Positions 10,274-20,717 of a DNA stretch of 64,000 nt are shown in pieces. The stretch's first letter is position 1, and each line of letters starts with the position of its first letter. The position numbers and the translations under genes are program-made. The DNA comes from Candidatus Binatia bacterium (GTDB taxonomy: Bacteria; Desulfobacterota; Binatia; UBA9968; CAXXLF01). The notes below the pieces were generated by a model that was not told the DNA's origin, did not search any database, and saw only the letters and a list, made by a program, of their open reading frames with translations. Location: assembly GCA_963664015.2 (NCBI GenBank), contig CAXXLF010000002.1:2016001-2080000 (forward strand), in the 5' to 3' direction.

Positions 10274-11366
10274 TTACTGGGCCAGCAGATAGGCTTCAAT
10301 GAAGCGATCAATATCGCCGTCCAGGACGCCGTCGGCGTTTCCCACTTCCAAATTGGTGCGGTGGTCCTTGACCATCCTGTATGGGTGGAGAGTATAAGAG
10401 CGAATCTGGCTCCCCCACGCAATATCCTTCTTGGTTTTGTGAAAGGACTCCATCTTTTCCTTCTGCTTTTCCAGCTCCAGCTCGTAGAGACGGGATCGAA
10501 GAATTTTCATGGCCATGGCTTTGTTCTTGTGCTGAGAGCGCTCGTTCTGGCAAGCGACAACAATGCCCGTTTCTAGATGGGTGAGACGCACCGCCGAATC
10601 GGTCTTGTTGACATGTTGGCCGCCGGCACCACTGGAACGGTAGGTATCGATCCTTAATTCGGCTTCGTCGATTTCTACGTTGATCGTTTCGTCGATCTCG
10701 GGATAGACAAAAACCGAGGCAAAGGAAGTGTGGCGGCGGGCATTGGTATCGAAGGGGGAGATGCGTACCAAACGGTGGATTCCGGCTTCCGCCTTGAGGT
10801 AGCCGTAGGCGTATTCGCCCTCGACCGTAAACGTCACACTTTTTGCCCCGGCCTCCTCGCCGGGCTGGTATTCTAGGATCTCGGTCTTGTAATGTCTGCG
10901 GTCAGCCCAACGAAGATACATGCGCAGCAGCATTTCAGCCCAGTCCTGAGCTTCAGTGCCGCCCGCTCCAGGATGCAGGCTGACGATGGCGCTCCTCTGA
11001 TCATCGGGGCCGCCCAGGATTTGTTTGAGTTCTATCTTGGGTAGTTCGGATGCGACCTCGGCCACTTTGGCCGCCGCCTCGTTCAATGCCGCGTCGCTAT
11101 CTCCCGGTACCGCCAACTCGATATAGATGCGTGCCTCGTCGAGAGCCGACTTCTGCTTTTGCCAGCTTGCCACGGCCTCTTGGATCGTAGCCTGTTCTTT
11201 TAAATGGGCCTGGGCTTTTTCTGTATCGTTCCAGAATTCGGGGCGGGAAATTATCTGGTTAAGCTCATCGAGCCTTTTCTGCTTCGTATCGAGGTCAAAG
11301 ACGCCTCCCGATGAGATCAAGCCTCTCTTCCAATTGGTCTAGCTGTTCCTTGGTTTCGTCCAACAT
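10274..11366 (-). CDS. prfB: Peptide chain release factor 2, +1 programmed frameshift
   Basis: ATG at 11366 gives MLDETKEQLDQLEERLDLIGRRL, then GGGAGG-CGT-CTT-TGA-C (shift site 11295-11300). The +1 frame carries SPF and GGQ motifs. Confidence 0.97.
11294..11309 (-). promoter_or_regulatory. prfB frameshift signal (internal Shine-Dalgarno plus CTT TGA C)
   Basis: Minus strand reads GGGAGG CGT CTT TGA C, matching the established RF2 autoregulatory site. Confidence 0.95.
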
Positions 11367-11615
11367 GACTCTTCCTCATGATCCTTATAGATACGGTTCG
11401 AATTTTTGATTAGCTTTATCCGCCTTCGCAAAAGACCATAGGCTGTTGCCCATGGATGAATGCGATGGACGGACCCTCCGCCCTGCGGCCCAAAGCCTTC
11501 GGGCGACGGGCCGCAGTTCCAAGAGCGAATGGGGGTGCTTCAGCGTGTTCCGCCGAAGGCAAGGAACTATACCATATACCACGGTCCTAAACCCGTGGAG
11601 GCTTTATTATAGCTG

Positions 11616-12056
11616 TTACTTGCCGGACTCACAAAGTGCCCGCTGGACCTTCTTTTCTATGCGTTGCATGCGGCGGGCCTCCAGGGCCGAGACCTCATGG
11701 TCGTAACCCAGCAGATGGAGAATCCCATGGATCAGCAGGGTTTCGAGTTCCCCATCAAGAGTTTTATGGTGCTCTCGCGCCTGGCTCTGGGCCTTTTCGA
11801 TGGATATGATCACGTCGCCCAGGACCGGCTCCCTCTGGGGGAGGTCGGCTCCGGTGGGGAATGATAAGACATCCGTCGGTTCGTCCTTATGGCGATAACG
11901 TCGGTTGAGTTTACGGATCTCACGGTTCCCTACCAGGGCAAGACTCAATTCGGCTTGATCCTGGCGGAGGACCCTCAATATTCGTACCGCCTTACCCTTG
12001 AGCCTGCGCGCGGTGGTCGGTCGCCCCTTGCCCTGGGTTACAATATCAACGCTCAT
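11616..12056 (-). CDS. ybeY: rRNA maturation RNase YbeY
   Basis: LNRRYRHKDEPTDVLSF and HGILHLLGYDH. Confidence 0.96.
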   Translation of the reverse strand: MSVDIVTQGKGRPTTARRLKGKAVRILRVLRQDQAELSLALVGNREIRKLNRRYRHKDEPTDVLSFPTGADLPQREPVLGDVIISIEKAQSQAREHHKTLDGELETLLIHGILHLLGYDHEVSALEARRMQRIEKKVQRALCESGK

Positions 12057-12120
12057 TAGTTAAAATTATTAAGAAATACTTAACCGCAGATTTTCGCAGT
12101 TTAACGCGGATCCGGCCATC

Positions 12121-12277
12121 TCACCGCAGAGATCGCAGAGTTATGGTCTTTTTTGTTTGTCGGGAGACGACGACAAACAAAAACGTTTCTTTCCTGAAGG
12201 CCAAGACTTTTGCCCAATCGTCGTCTCCCGATTGGGCAAAACGAATCCTTTCAGCGTACTCTGTGTCTCTGCGGTGA
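12121..12277. repeat. Palindromic mini-element: 9-mer terminal inverted arms enclosing two hairpins
   Basis: TCACCGCAGAGATCGCAGAG ... CTCTGTGTCTCTGCGGTGA; internal perfect hairpins at 12151-12182 and 12208-12241. Confidence 0.8.
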
Positions 12278-12327
12278 ATATTCTTAAAAGACTTTCCGAG
12301 TACGGGGTGAATAGGGATGGATCGGGC

Positions 12328-13392
12328 TCAGGGTTCGGGCTTTTCAGGGTCATTCTCTTTTGCGGTTGTCCGGTTCCCATCGGACTCGTAGGCGGAAATA
12401 ATAGCCTGGACCAAACGGTGGCGAGCCACGTCCTGTTCAGTAAAAGTAACGAACTTGATGCCCTCGACCCCATTCAGGATCCGCCAGGCCTCTTTAAGCC
12501 CTGATGGTTTTCCCGCAGGCAAATCGATCTGGGTAACGTCTCCCGTAATCACTGCCTTGGAGCCGCGGCCGAGGCGGGTTAAAAACATCTTCATCTGCTC
12601 CGGTGTCGTGTTTTGGGCCTCGTCGAGGATCACGAAGGAGTCGTTAAGGGTGCGCCCGCGCATAAAGGCAAGGGGGGCTACCTCGATGGTGCCACGCTCC
12701 ACGAGACGATGGGCCTTGTCGAAGTCCACCATGTCATGCAAGGCATCGTAGAGCGGACGGAGGTAAGGATTCACTTTCTCTGCCAAGTCGCCTGGTAAAA
12801 AGCCCAGTTTTTCTCCCGCCTCGACAGCCGGGCGAGTCAGGATGATCCGCACGTAGTTGTTCTTCATCAACTCGGCCACTGCCATGGCCATGGCCAGATA
12901 GGTTTTTCCTGTCCCCGCAGGCCCGATGCCGAAGACGATATCGAAACGGCGAATGGTGTCGATATAAACCTTCTGGGCAACGCTCTTTGGGGTTATGGTA
13001 CGCTTGTGTGATGAGATGTAGATGGTATCAAGAAAAATATCCTGCAGATAAGCTCGCCCGTTGCCACTCAGAATGCGAATGCTGTAGTCTACATCGCTGC
13101 CGTAAACCGGATAGCCCTTTTCCAATAGTCCATACAGCTGTTGCATGACTTTAGCGGCAAGTTCGGCCTCCAGGGGATTACCCGTGATGTCCATCTCGCA
13201 TCCCCGGGCTTGGATATGTACCCCCAGGCTTTGCTGAACTATCTTGACGTGTTCGTCGTGTTCGCCTAGCAGGTCTCGGAAGATTCGCTGGTCGGAAAAG
13301 GCCAAATGGATAGGGGTACTCTCTTCCGACGAAGTCTGTTTAGTTTTTCCAGATTTCACACGTTTTCTCCGAAAAAGGGTTAAGGATGTCAC
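12328..13392 (-). CDS. phoH: PhoH family ATPase
   Basis: GPAGTGKTYLA, RPAVEAGEKLGFLPGDL, AFMRGRTL, DEAQN and GDVTQIDLP. Confidence 0.96.
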   Translation of the reverse strand: MTSLTLFRRKRVKSGKTKQTSSEESTPIHLAFSDQRIFRDLLGEHDEHVKIVQQSLGVHIQARGCEMDITGNPLEAELAAKVMQQLYGLLEKGYPVYGSDVDYSIRILSGNGRAYLQDIFLDTIYISSHKRTITPKSVAQKVYIDTIRRFDIVFGIGPAGTGKTYLAMAMAVAELMKNNYVRIILTRPAVEAGEKLGFLPGDLAEKVNPYLRPLYDALHDMVDFDKAHRLVERGTIEVAPLAFMRGRTLNDSFVILDEAQNTTPEQMKMFLTRLGRGSKAVITGDVTQIDLPAGKPSGLKEAWRILNGVEGIKFVTFTEQDVARHRLVQAIISAYESDGNRTTAKENDPEKPEP

Positions 13393-13461
13393 AGATGCCG
13401 CACATACCTTGGGTTTCCACCTCGAATCTGCTGGTTCGAATTTTCACCGTCAGCAACGGCT

Positions 13462-16098
13462 TCATGGGGTCTGCCGGATAATCTCCTCCGCCTTTTTCAG
13501 GGCATCGTGGACTTTGGACGGATCCTTTCCTCCGGCCTGGGCGAAGTCGGGACGCCCGCCGCCACCGCCACCGACTACAGCGGCCAATTGCTTGATGATT
13601 TCCCCCGCGTGAAACCGATGGGTCAGCTCTTTACTCACAGAGGAAACCAGTTGAACGTTGTTCTCTCCAGGACTGAGTAGAATCACAACGCTGGCCCCCA
13701 TCTGGTCTTTTAGCTGGTCAGCCACCTCCCTGAGCTGCTTGGCATCGACCTTTTCGACCTCTGCAATGAGGACAGAGGTGCCGTCGATGATTTTCTTTCT
13801 TGCCAGCAGGTCGGGGATCCGGTCCTTACCCAATTGACCGCGCAGCCGCGCCATCTCTTTTTCGAGACTCCTTTGCTGTTCGACCAACTTTTTTGTTTTG
13901 TCGACGGTTTCGTCGGTGCTTGACCGGAGGAGTTCGGCGATTTGTTGTAGCATCGACTCATATCGGTGAATGAGATCCAGCGCCCCTTCTCCGGTAAAGG
14001 CGTCAATTCGTCGCACGCCGGCGGAGACACCGCTCTCGCCGTGGAGTTTAAATAATCCGATCTCTCCTGAGCGGTGGATGTGGGTCCCGCCGCAGAGCTC
14101 TTCGGAGAAGTCCCCCATTCTGACCACGCGTACACGATCCCCGTACTTATCGCCAAAAAACGCCAGGGCTCCCCGGCCGATGGCATCTTCGTAGCTGGAC
14201 TCTTCCGTGCGCACCTCGGCGTCCCAGCGAATTCGTTCGTTGACCATCTTTTCAATCTTTACCAGCTTGTCCGGTGGAACGACACCATTGTGGCTAAAAT
14301 CGAAGCGGAGTCGATCCGGTTCTACCAGCGACCCCGCTTGACGTACTTGATCGCCGAGCTCACGGCGCAGCATGGCGTGAAGGATATGAGTTGCCGAGTG
14401 ATTCAGGGTGGTGCGCTGACGGTGCCTGGGGTCCACCCCGAGTTCGATTGTGTCTCCGACCTGAATCCGCCCCCTGGTGACCTTCCCTCTATGCACGATG
14501 ATCTGAGGTGTCAGGTGCTGGGTGTCCAGGACCGTCATCTGATCCCCCCGGGTGGTCTTAATGCTACCCCGATCACCGACCTGTCCTCCGGATTCCCCGT
14601 AAAAGGTCGTCTCTGCGGCGATGAGATCAACGGTTGTGCCTTCCCCGGCCTCATCCATTCCTTGTCCCTCACGATAGAGTGCCAAGACTTTGGATTCTAG
14701 GTCCAGCCGGTCATAACCGACGAAGCGGGTCTCTTGATCGAGCTGGATGCTTGCCGTACTCGTCGGAGTCTCCCTTGCCTCCCGCCCCCGGCTCTTCTGT
14801 TCCCCCATGAGTTTTTTGAATCCGGCGTGATCGACCGACACTTTTCGGCCGCGCAAGATGTCCTCGGTGAGATCGAGGGGGAACCCGTAGGTGTCGTAGA
14901 GACGAAAAGCGACGTCACCGGGCAGGACTTTTTTCTTCTCCTGTCGGATCTTCTTGAGGGCATCTTCCAGGTGGACCAACCCCTTGTCCAGGGTCTCGGT
15001 GAAACGTTCCTCTTCGCTGAGGATTACGGCCCGGATGCGGTTTTGCTCACCGGGGATCTCAGGGTAGGCTTCTCCCATGATCCCGGAGACCGTCCCGGTT
15101 AGGCGATGGAGAAAGGCATCCTTAAGCCCGAGGAGCCTGCCATGACGGCTCGCCCGGCGAAGCAACCGCCGCAATACATAGCCTCGACCATCGTTGCTGG
15201 GAAGCACTCCGTCGGCAATTAAAAAACTAATGGCACGAGCGTGATCGGCAATCACGCGGAAGGATACATCTTCCTCCGTCTTGCGACCGTAATTTTTACC
15301 CGCTATTTCTTCCGTTGCGCCGATCAGGTTTCGCAGTAGGTCGACATCGTAGTTGGAGAGGACGCCCTGAAGGACGGCAGCGATTCGCTCCAGTCCCATG
15401 CCCGTGTCCACATGTCTGGCTGGGAGGTCCGACAGGCTCCGGTCCTCGCTCCTGTTGTTCTGGATGAAGACCAGGTTCCATAGCTCGATGTAGCGGGCGC
15501 AACCGCCGTTCACCCGACAGCGATGGCCCTTCTCCTTTTGGTGGTCACAGGCCTCGGGCCCCCGATCGATATGGATTTCGCTGCAGGGGCCGCAAGGACC
15601 GGTCTCCCCCATTTCCCAGAAATTGTCGTCCTCATCGAAACGCAGTACACGGGATTTGGGAAGTCCAGTGATCTTATACCAGAGTTTTTCCGCCTCATCA
15701 TCGTCTCGAAATACGGTTGCCCACAGCTTATCTTTGGGAAGTTTCCACTCATCGGTGAGGAGTTCCCAGGCCCAAAGGATCGCGTCTTCCTTATAGTAGT
15801 CGCCGAAGGACCAATTTCCCAACATTTCAAAAAAGGTATGGTGGTAGGTGTCCTGGCCAACAGCCTCCAAGTCGTTGTGTTTGCCGCTGATGCGCAGGCA
15901 TTTCTGGGCGCTGGCGGCCCGCACGTAGGGGAGTCGCTCAGCGCCGAGGAAGACGTTTTTGAACTGGACCATCCCCGCATTGGTGAAAAGCAACGTGGGG
16001 TCTTTTTCCGGAACCAGGGAAGAGCTTCTGACGACCGTATGGCCGCGCTTTTCAAAGTGGCTGAGAAAGCTCGTTCGTATTTCTTTACTGCTGATCAT
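13462..16098 (-). CDS. alaS: Alanine--tRNA ligase
   Basis: LLFTNAGMVQFK, HHTFFEMLGNWSFGDY, DTGMGLER, HSATH, ELCGGTH and GGGGGRPDFAQAGG. Confidence 0.99.
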   Translation of the reverse strand: MISSKEIRTSFLSHFEKRGHTVVRSSSLVPEKDPTLLFTNAGMVQFKNVFLGAERLPYVRAASAQKCLRISGKHNDLEAVGQDTYHHTFFEMLGNWSFGDYYKEDAILWAWELLTDEWKLPKDKLWATVFRDDDEAEKLWYKITGLPKSRVLRFDEDDNFWEMGETGPCGPCSEIHIDRGPEACDHQKEKGHRCRVNGGCARYIELWNLVFIQNNRSEDRSLSDLPARHVDTGMGLERIAAVLQGVLSNYDVDLLRNLIGATEEIAGKNYGRKTEEDVSFRVIADHARAISFLIADGVLPSNDGRGYVLRRLLRRASRHGRLLGLKDAFLHRLTGTVSGIMGEAYPEIPGEQNRIRAVILSEEERFTETLDKGLVHLEDALKKIRQEKKKVLPGDVAFRLYDTYGFPLDLTEDILRGRKVSVDHAGFKKLMGEQKSRGREARETPTSTASIQLDQETRFVGYDRLDLESKVLALYREGQGMDEAGEGTTVDLIAAETTFYGESGGQVGDRGSIKTTRGDQMTVLDTQHLTPQIIVHRGKVTRGRIQVGDTIELGVDPRHRQRTTLNHSATHILHAMLRRELGDQVRQAGSLVEPDRLRFDFSHNGVVPPDKLVKIEKMVNERIRWDAEVRTEESSYEDAIGRGALAFFGDKYGDRVRVVRMGDFSEELCGGTHIHRSGEIGLFKLHGESGVSAGVRRIDAFTGEGALDLIHRYESMLQQIAELLRSSTDETVDKTKKLVEQQRSLEKEMARLRGQLGKDRIPDLLARKKIIDGTSVLIAEVEKVDAKQLREVADQLKDQMGASVVILLSPGENNVQLVSSVSKELTHRFHAGEIIKQLAAVVGGGGGGRPDFAQAGGKDPSKVHDALKKAEEIIRQTP

Positions 16099-16156
16099 CG
16101 AGCCATTTTCATAGTACCAAAGTGCAGGGGGTCAATAAATTCCCTTAAGACTTATT

Positions 16157-16627
16157 TCACTCATCATCGGGAGTAGTTTGCAACACCTCGGCAATCACCG
16201 AGTCCCGGTAACCACGGCGCTGCAAAAGACCTACTGCCCGGCGGCGAACCTGGGGATCTCGAAGGTCTTTATTTCCGAATCGTTTTTCTAAAAACACCTG
16301 CGCCCGTTTCTTGCCCTGCTTGGGGCCAATGGCCTCGCCGACGATCCGATCAATCAGGGATTGGGAAACCCCCTTGGTGCGCAATTCCTTTTCAACTCGC
16401 AATGGACCAAAGCCCTGCCTCTCGACTCTTGTCAGGGCCCAGGCACGGGCAAACTGCTCGTCGTTTAGCAGGTTGAGGGTAAGGAGACGTTCTAGAGTGG
16501 TCTCGACGGTCCTTTGGGGAAACCCTAATTGGGCGAGCTTGACTCGGACTTCTTGCTCGCTCCGGGCACGGAACCCTAGAAATTTTAGGGCACGCTGCAG
16601 TGCTTCCTCTGGAGTCCCACCGCTCAT
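16157..16627 (-). CDS. recX: Regulatory protein RecX
   Basis: [20 protein letters not shown] and LQRRGY; overlaps the recA stop. Confidence 0.92.
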   Translation of the reverse strand: MSGGTPEEALQRALKFLGFRARSEQEVRVKLAQLGFPQRTVETTLERLLTLNLLNDEQFARAWALTRVERQGFGPLRVEKELRTKGVSQSLIDRIVGEAIGPKQGKKRAQVFLEKRFGNKDLRDPQVRRRAVGLLQRRGYRDSVIAEVLQTTPDDE

Positions 16628-17670
16628 TTCCCTTTGGGCTTTTCCTTTTTCTCCTGAGCCTGCGGTTCCACGGGGGCCCGTTTGAGCCCCACCTTTTCCA
16701 TGATACGGTCGGACACCTCTCTCATTGTCTCCGGGTGTTGCCTCAGGAATTCCTTTGCGCTCTCGCGTCCCTGTCCAATCCTCTCGTTGTTGAAGGAGTA
16801 CCAGGCGCCGCTCTTTTCCACGATCTCGTGGGAGGCCCCCAGATCCACGATTTCGCCTTCCCGTGAAATACCGGTACCGTAAAGGATGTCGAATTCGGCC
16901 TCCTTGAAGGGAGGGGCGAGTTTGTTCTTAACGACTTTAACGCGAGTCCGTCCGCCCACGATTGAGTCCCCATCCTTAATCGCGCCAATACGCCGGATAT
17001 CGAATCGCTGGGATGCGTAAAATTTGAGGGCATTGCCTCCGGTGGTCGTCTCCGGATTTCCGAACATGACTCCAATCTTCATCCGGATTTGGTTGATAAA
17101 AACCACCACCGCGTGGGAACGTGCAATCGTGCCCGTGAGTTTCCGCAGCGCTTGAGACATGAGGCGGGCCTGAAGACCCATGTGGGAATCCCCCATCTCG
17201 CCTTCGATCTCCGCCCTGGGGACCAGGGCCGCGACCGAGTCGATGACCAGAACGTCGATGGCTCCGCTGCGAACCAGGGTATCGGCGATCTCCAGGGCCT
17301 GCTCCCCATGATCGGGCTGAGAAATCAGCAGTTCATCGGGATTGACTCCTAGTTTCTTCGCATAGGCGAGGTCCATGGCGTGCTCCGCGTCGATGTAGGC
17401 CCCCATGCCGCCCTGTTTCTGGGCCTCGGCAACAATGTGCAGGGCCAGGGTCGTTTTCCCCGAGGATTCAGGTCCGTAAATCTCGACGACCCTACCCCTG
17501 GGGACACCCCCGATTCCGACAGCCATATCGAGACCGATGGATCCGGTCGAGATGACGGCAATGTCGTTGATCACCCCCCCCTCACCGAGTTTCATGATGG
17601 CGCCTTTGCCGAACTGTTTCTCAATTTGACTGACCGCCAGGTCGATGGCCTTTGTGCGTTCGAGGTCCAT
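16624..17670 (-). CDS. recA: Recombinase RecA
   Basis: [34 protein letters not shown] and GGNALKFY. Confidence 0.99.
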   Translation of the reverse strand: MDLERTKAIDLAVSQIEKQFGKGAIMKLGEGGVINDIAVISTGSIGLDMAVGIGGVPRGRVVEIYGPESSGKTTLALHIVAEAQKQGGMGAYIDAEHAMDLAYAKKLGVNPDELLISQPDHGEQALEIADTLVRSGAIDVLVIDSVAALVPRAEIEGEMGDSHMGLQARLMSQALRKLTGTIARSHAVVVFINQIRMKIGVMFGNPETTTGGNALKFYASQRFDIRRIGAIKDGDSIVGGRTRVKVVKNKLAPPFKEAEFDILYGTGISREGEIVDLGASHEIVEKSGAWYSFNNERIGQGRESAKEFLRQHPETMREVSDRIMEKVGLKRAPVEPQAQEKKEKPKGK

Positions 17671-17755
17671 GGGTTATCTCCTTAAATATATGAATTTTCA
17701 CGTTTGACTAGAAAGATTTTACAGTAATGAAACCATGCCCATTTTGCTGATTGGG

Positions 17756-18370
17756 TTATCTCCAGCTTTTGTCGGTTTCCCGTTTTTCGTTTGTTTCTAC
17801 CGGCTCCCCGTTCGTTTTCAATGGGACGGTCCCAAGGGTGGAGTAGACCGGACCGCTTGGTTGAAGAACGCTTTGAAAAAGAACCACCTCTTCCACACGG
17901 GATTGCCCGAATTCGAAGTCCGCCCATCGATCCATCTCTTGCTTGATCTGTTCTGCGGTGGTGGCCGAGTGGCGCCACCTTCCGATGGTCAGGTGAGGCT
18001 CGAAGGTCCGCATCTGAGGAGCAAATCCTATCGGTTCAAGGGAACGTTCCACTTGCCGCGCGAGCCCGGGTAGCTCTTCACCCTGCAATCCAATCCATAG
18101 GACCCTTGCCTTCTTCAAGTTTGGAAATACGCCCAACCCTAGGCCTTGCATAGAGAAGGTTCGCACATGGTGTAAGGCCCTTTCAAGAGTTTGGACGATG
18201 GGACCGGCTTTTTCCTCCTCTACGGAACCGAGAAATTTGAGGGTGAAGTGAAGGGTTTCCTTTTCGACCCATCGAATACCCGAAAGGCTTTGCTTCAGGT
18301 GGGATTGGACCTCGGCGATTTTCTGGGTCATGGCTGGATCAATGGGGACTCCAATAAAAGCGCGAATCAC
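17756..18370 (-). CDS. thpR: RNA 2',3'-cyclic phosphodiesterase (2H family)
   Basis: Two HxT motifs (HFTLKFLG, PHLTIGR); cinA-thpR-recA synteny. Confidence 0.92.
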   Translation of the reverse strand: MIRAFIGVPIDPAMTQKIAEVQSHLKQSLSGIRWVEKETLHFTLKFLGSVEEEKAGPIVQTLERALHHVRTFSMQGLGLGVFPNLKKARVLWIGLQGEELPGLARQVERSLEPIGFAPQMRTFEPHLTIGRWRHSATTAEQIKQEMDRWADFEFGQSRVEEVVLFQSVLQPSGPVYSTLGTVPLKTNGEPVETNEKRETDKSWR

Positions 18371-18373
18371 GGT

Positions 18374-18440
18374 TTACCCCGTGGAATAGCTCCTCGACCG
18401 AGACTGAAACCTTCGGATCATGATATTAATCCACCGTGAA
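18374..18440. repeat. Small palindromic element (CCCGTGGAAT...ATCCAC family)
   Basis: Imperfect inverted ends shared with 35063-35122 and 57639-57707. Confidence 0.55.
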
Positions 18441-18450
18441 CGGATCTCGA

Positions 18451-19155
18451 CTAGAGCAGGGCTTCCCTGAGCCAGAGGAGGGCCGTCTGAGAGGCGCGTC
18501 TAATGATAGTCTCTCGGTCTCCATCGAAGTGAAAACAGCGAGCCTGGCATCCGCCCCCGCGGGCCATGGCCATCCAGACCGTTCCCACCGGTCTAGCGGT
18601 GCTTCCACCCGTGGGCCCCGCGATTCCAGTCGTGCTGAGTGTGATACTGGCCCCGACCTGCTCTTTGATCCCCTGGGCCATCTCGAGAGCCGTCTCCCGG
18701 CTCACCGCCCCATGCTGTTCCAGTGTGGATTTTTGGACCCCCAGGAAAATTTGCTTAGCAGCGTCCGAATACGTAATAGCGGAGGTGATAAAATAGTCGG
18801 AACTCCCCGGCACGCGGGTGACCCGATGACTGAGATACCCGCCGGTGCATGACTCCGCCAGTGCGAGAGTCCACTTTCGTTTCCGCAACAGCTGCCCGAC
18901 GATCTCCTCCAGGGTCTCATCTCCCTCGGTATAAATGTAGTGCTTAAGAAGTTTCCCGATACGAGCCTTCATCTCCTGGAAGCCAGGAGTGTCCCGCTTG
19001 CTTTCCCGGAGCGTTAAATGCAGGGAGAGATCGAACTCGTGGGCTTGAACAGCAATCTCTCCACCTTCAGGAAGATGAATCGGCTTCAATATGTCATCTA
19101 GCTCGGACTCCGTCAAGCCGGAGAGTTTGAAGGTCGTGGTGTCCTTTGGTCCCAT
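18451..19155 (-). CDS. cinA: CinA/PncC nicotinamide-nucleotide amidohydrolase lacking the N-terminal molybdopterin-binding-like domain
   Basis: AESCTGG, PGSSDYF, GAVS and TGIAGPTGG...PVGTV. Starts at the CinA middle domain (FKLSGLTES). Confidence 0.82.
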   Translation of the reverse strand: MGPKDTTTFKLSGLTESELDDILKPIHLPEGGEIAVQAHEFDLSLHLTLRESKRDTPGFQEMKARIGKLLKHYIYTEGDETLEEIVGQLLRKRKWTLALAESCTGGYLSHRVTRVPGSSDYFITSAITYSDAAKQIFLGVQKSTLEQHGAVSRETALEMAQGIKEQVGASITLSTTGIAGPTGGSTARPVGTVWMAMARGGGCQARCFHFDGDRETIIRRASQTALLWLREALL

Positions 19156-19403
19156 TTCTTACCTGTTCTTACCTGAGAGACGTTACAAAATACTATCTCT
19201 CGCGTCGTGATCCCGCCATCATAGCGAAAAAGTCCCTATCGATGAAAGTTGCTGTCCTGTCCACCTCTGGCATTTGTGCAAGGCCGCCTTCACGTGGTGA
19301 TTCGGGCGAAGTCGGAGAGTGAAATAGGACGCAACAGGCAAAAAGGCCTGTTAAAGGGTTAAAGATTAAGGGGTGCGTTCTAACGCCAGGGGGAGTATTT
19401 GGG

Positions 19404-20717
19404 TCAGTTAGGATTTCTCGACGGGCTGCCGGAGACGAGCTGGGTCAGAACGAGCTGCTTGGCGTTTTCGAAGACCTCCCGTAGCGGCGGCTTTATACTG
19501 TCCTCGCGGGGGAGTTGTATCTTCAGGGGATTGACGTAACGTTGATTCTTGTGCATCTCGAAATGCAGATGGGATCCGGTGCACCTGCCTGAACACCCCA
19601 CGTAACCTATGATTTGACCCTTCTTGACTCGTTTGCCCCTGCGTAGTCCAGGTGCGTAACCGTTTAGATGGGCATAACGGCTCGTGTATATAGAAGTATG
19701 CTGAATCTGGATAAAGCGTCCGTATCCGCCGCGTTTCCACCCGGCATAAACCACCTTGCCGTCACCAATTGCCCTGACCGGCGTTTTACGTGGGGCAACG
19801 AAATCCACCCCGCGATGGGCCCGGCGCACCTTCAAGATGGGATGCAAGCGCCGGTGAGAGTAGGTGGAGCTTATACGACTGAACTCGACCGGAAAACGCA
19901 AGAAGGTACGGGTTAGGGACTTTCCTTCGAGGTCGTAATAGTCACCCTTGCCGTCTCCCCCCTCAAAGTAAAAGGCAAAGTGCTTCTCGTTGCCCATTGT
20001 CAACTCGGTGGCCAGGATGCGAAAGAGTTTCTTCTTCTTCCCTTCGGTCCGATACCTTCTTTCGAACAACACCCTGAAGGAATCTCCGGATCTGATATCG
20101 GTCTGAAAGTTTACATCCCAGCCATAGATGTCGGCAAACTGTGAGACGATCTTGGGAGACAGTCCCAACCGCGTACCGCTCTCATAGAGCGAATCCGTGA
20201 TGGGTCCCCCGATGGCCTGGGTCTCGATTTCATAGGGCCGTTCGTCTTTTTTGAAGCTGATCTCGAGCTCGCCCAGCACCCAGGTCAACCACCAGTCGTC
20301 GTCCTGTTCCACCCTTAGGGCCTTGAGCTGCTTTTTAACGTTGTCCTCCTGTTGAACGGGTTCTTTGTCATCGAGATAGAAATAGATTCCCCTACCGGGG
20401 CGGAGTCTTTTAGGAGAAAAATGCTTTCGAATGGAGCGTACCCATAGTATCTTTTCCTGGCCGGTCAAGCCGAAGGGTTTGAACAGTTTACCCAGCGTGT
20501 CACCAGGCCTTATTCGGTGGGTGATGCGTTCCAAGCCCAAGAGCGGGTCGCTGTTTTTTTCTTCAGCGGTCTTTTCCCCGTTTGCTCCCGTAACCTCATT
20601 GGCGACCGTTATAGGAGAGGTCACGTTTAAGGATTGGATCGGAGCGGGAAGCCAGAGGAGATGCTGGAGAAAGAAGAGAGCGAATCCCGAGATGCCGTTC
20701 AATACCATCATATACAA
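19404..20717 (-). CDS. M23 family peptidoglycan DD-metalloendopeptidase (MepM-like)
   Basis: HRGVDF, YAHL and TGSHLHFE motifs; N-terminal LysM-like HRIRPGDTL. Confidence 0.92.
   Translation of the reverse strand: MYMMVLNGISGFALFFLQHLLWLPAPIQSLNVTSPITVANEVTGANGEKTAEEKNSDPLLGLERITHRIRPGDTLGKLFKPFGLTGQEKILWVRSIRKHFSPKRLRPGRGIYFYLDDKEPVQQEDNVKKQLKALRVEQDDDWWLTWVLGELEISFKKDERPYEIETQAIGGPITDSLYESGTRLGLSPKIVSQFADIYGWDVNFQTDIRSGDSFRVLFERRYRTEGKKKKLFRILATELTMGNEKHFAFYFEGGDGKGDYYDLEGKSLTRTFLRFPVEFSRISSTYSHRRLHPILKVRRAHRGVDFVAPRKTPVRAIGDGKVVYAGWKRGGYGRFIQIQHTSIYTSRYAHLNGYAPGLRRGKRVKKGQIIGYVGCSGRCTGSHLHFEMHKNQRYVNPLKIQLPREDSIKPPLREVFENAKQLVLTQLVSGSPSRNPN

Noticed and set aside
17671-17755. LexA box upstream of recA
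   Set aside because: No recognisable palindrome matching LexA motifs I know.
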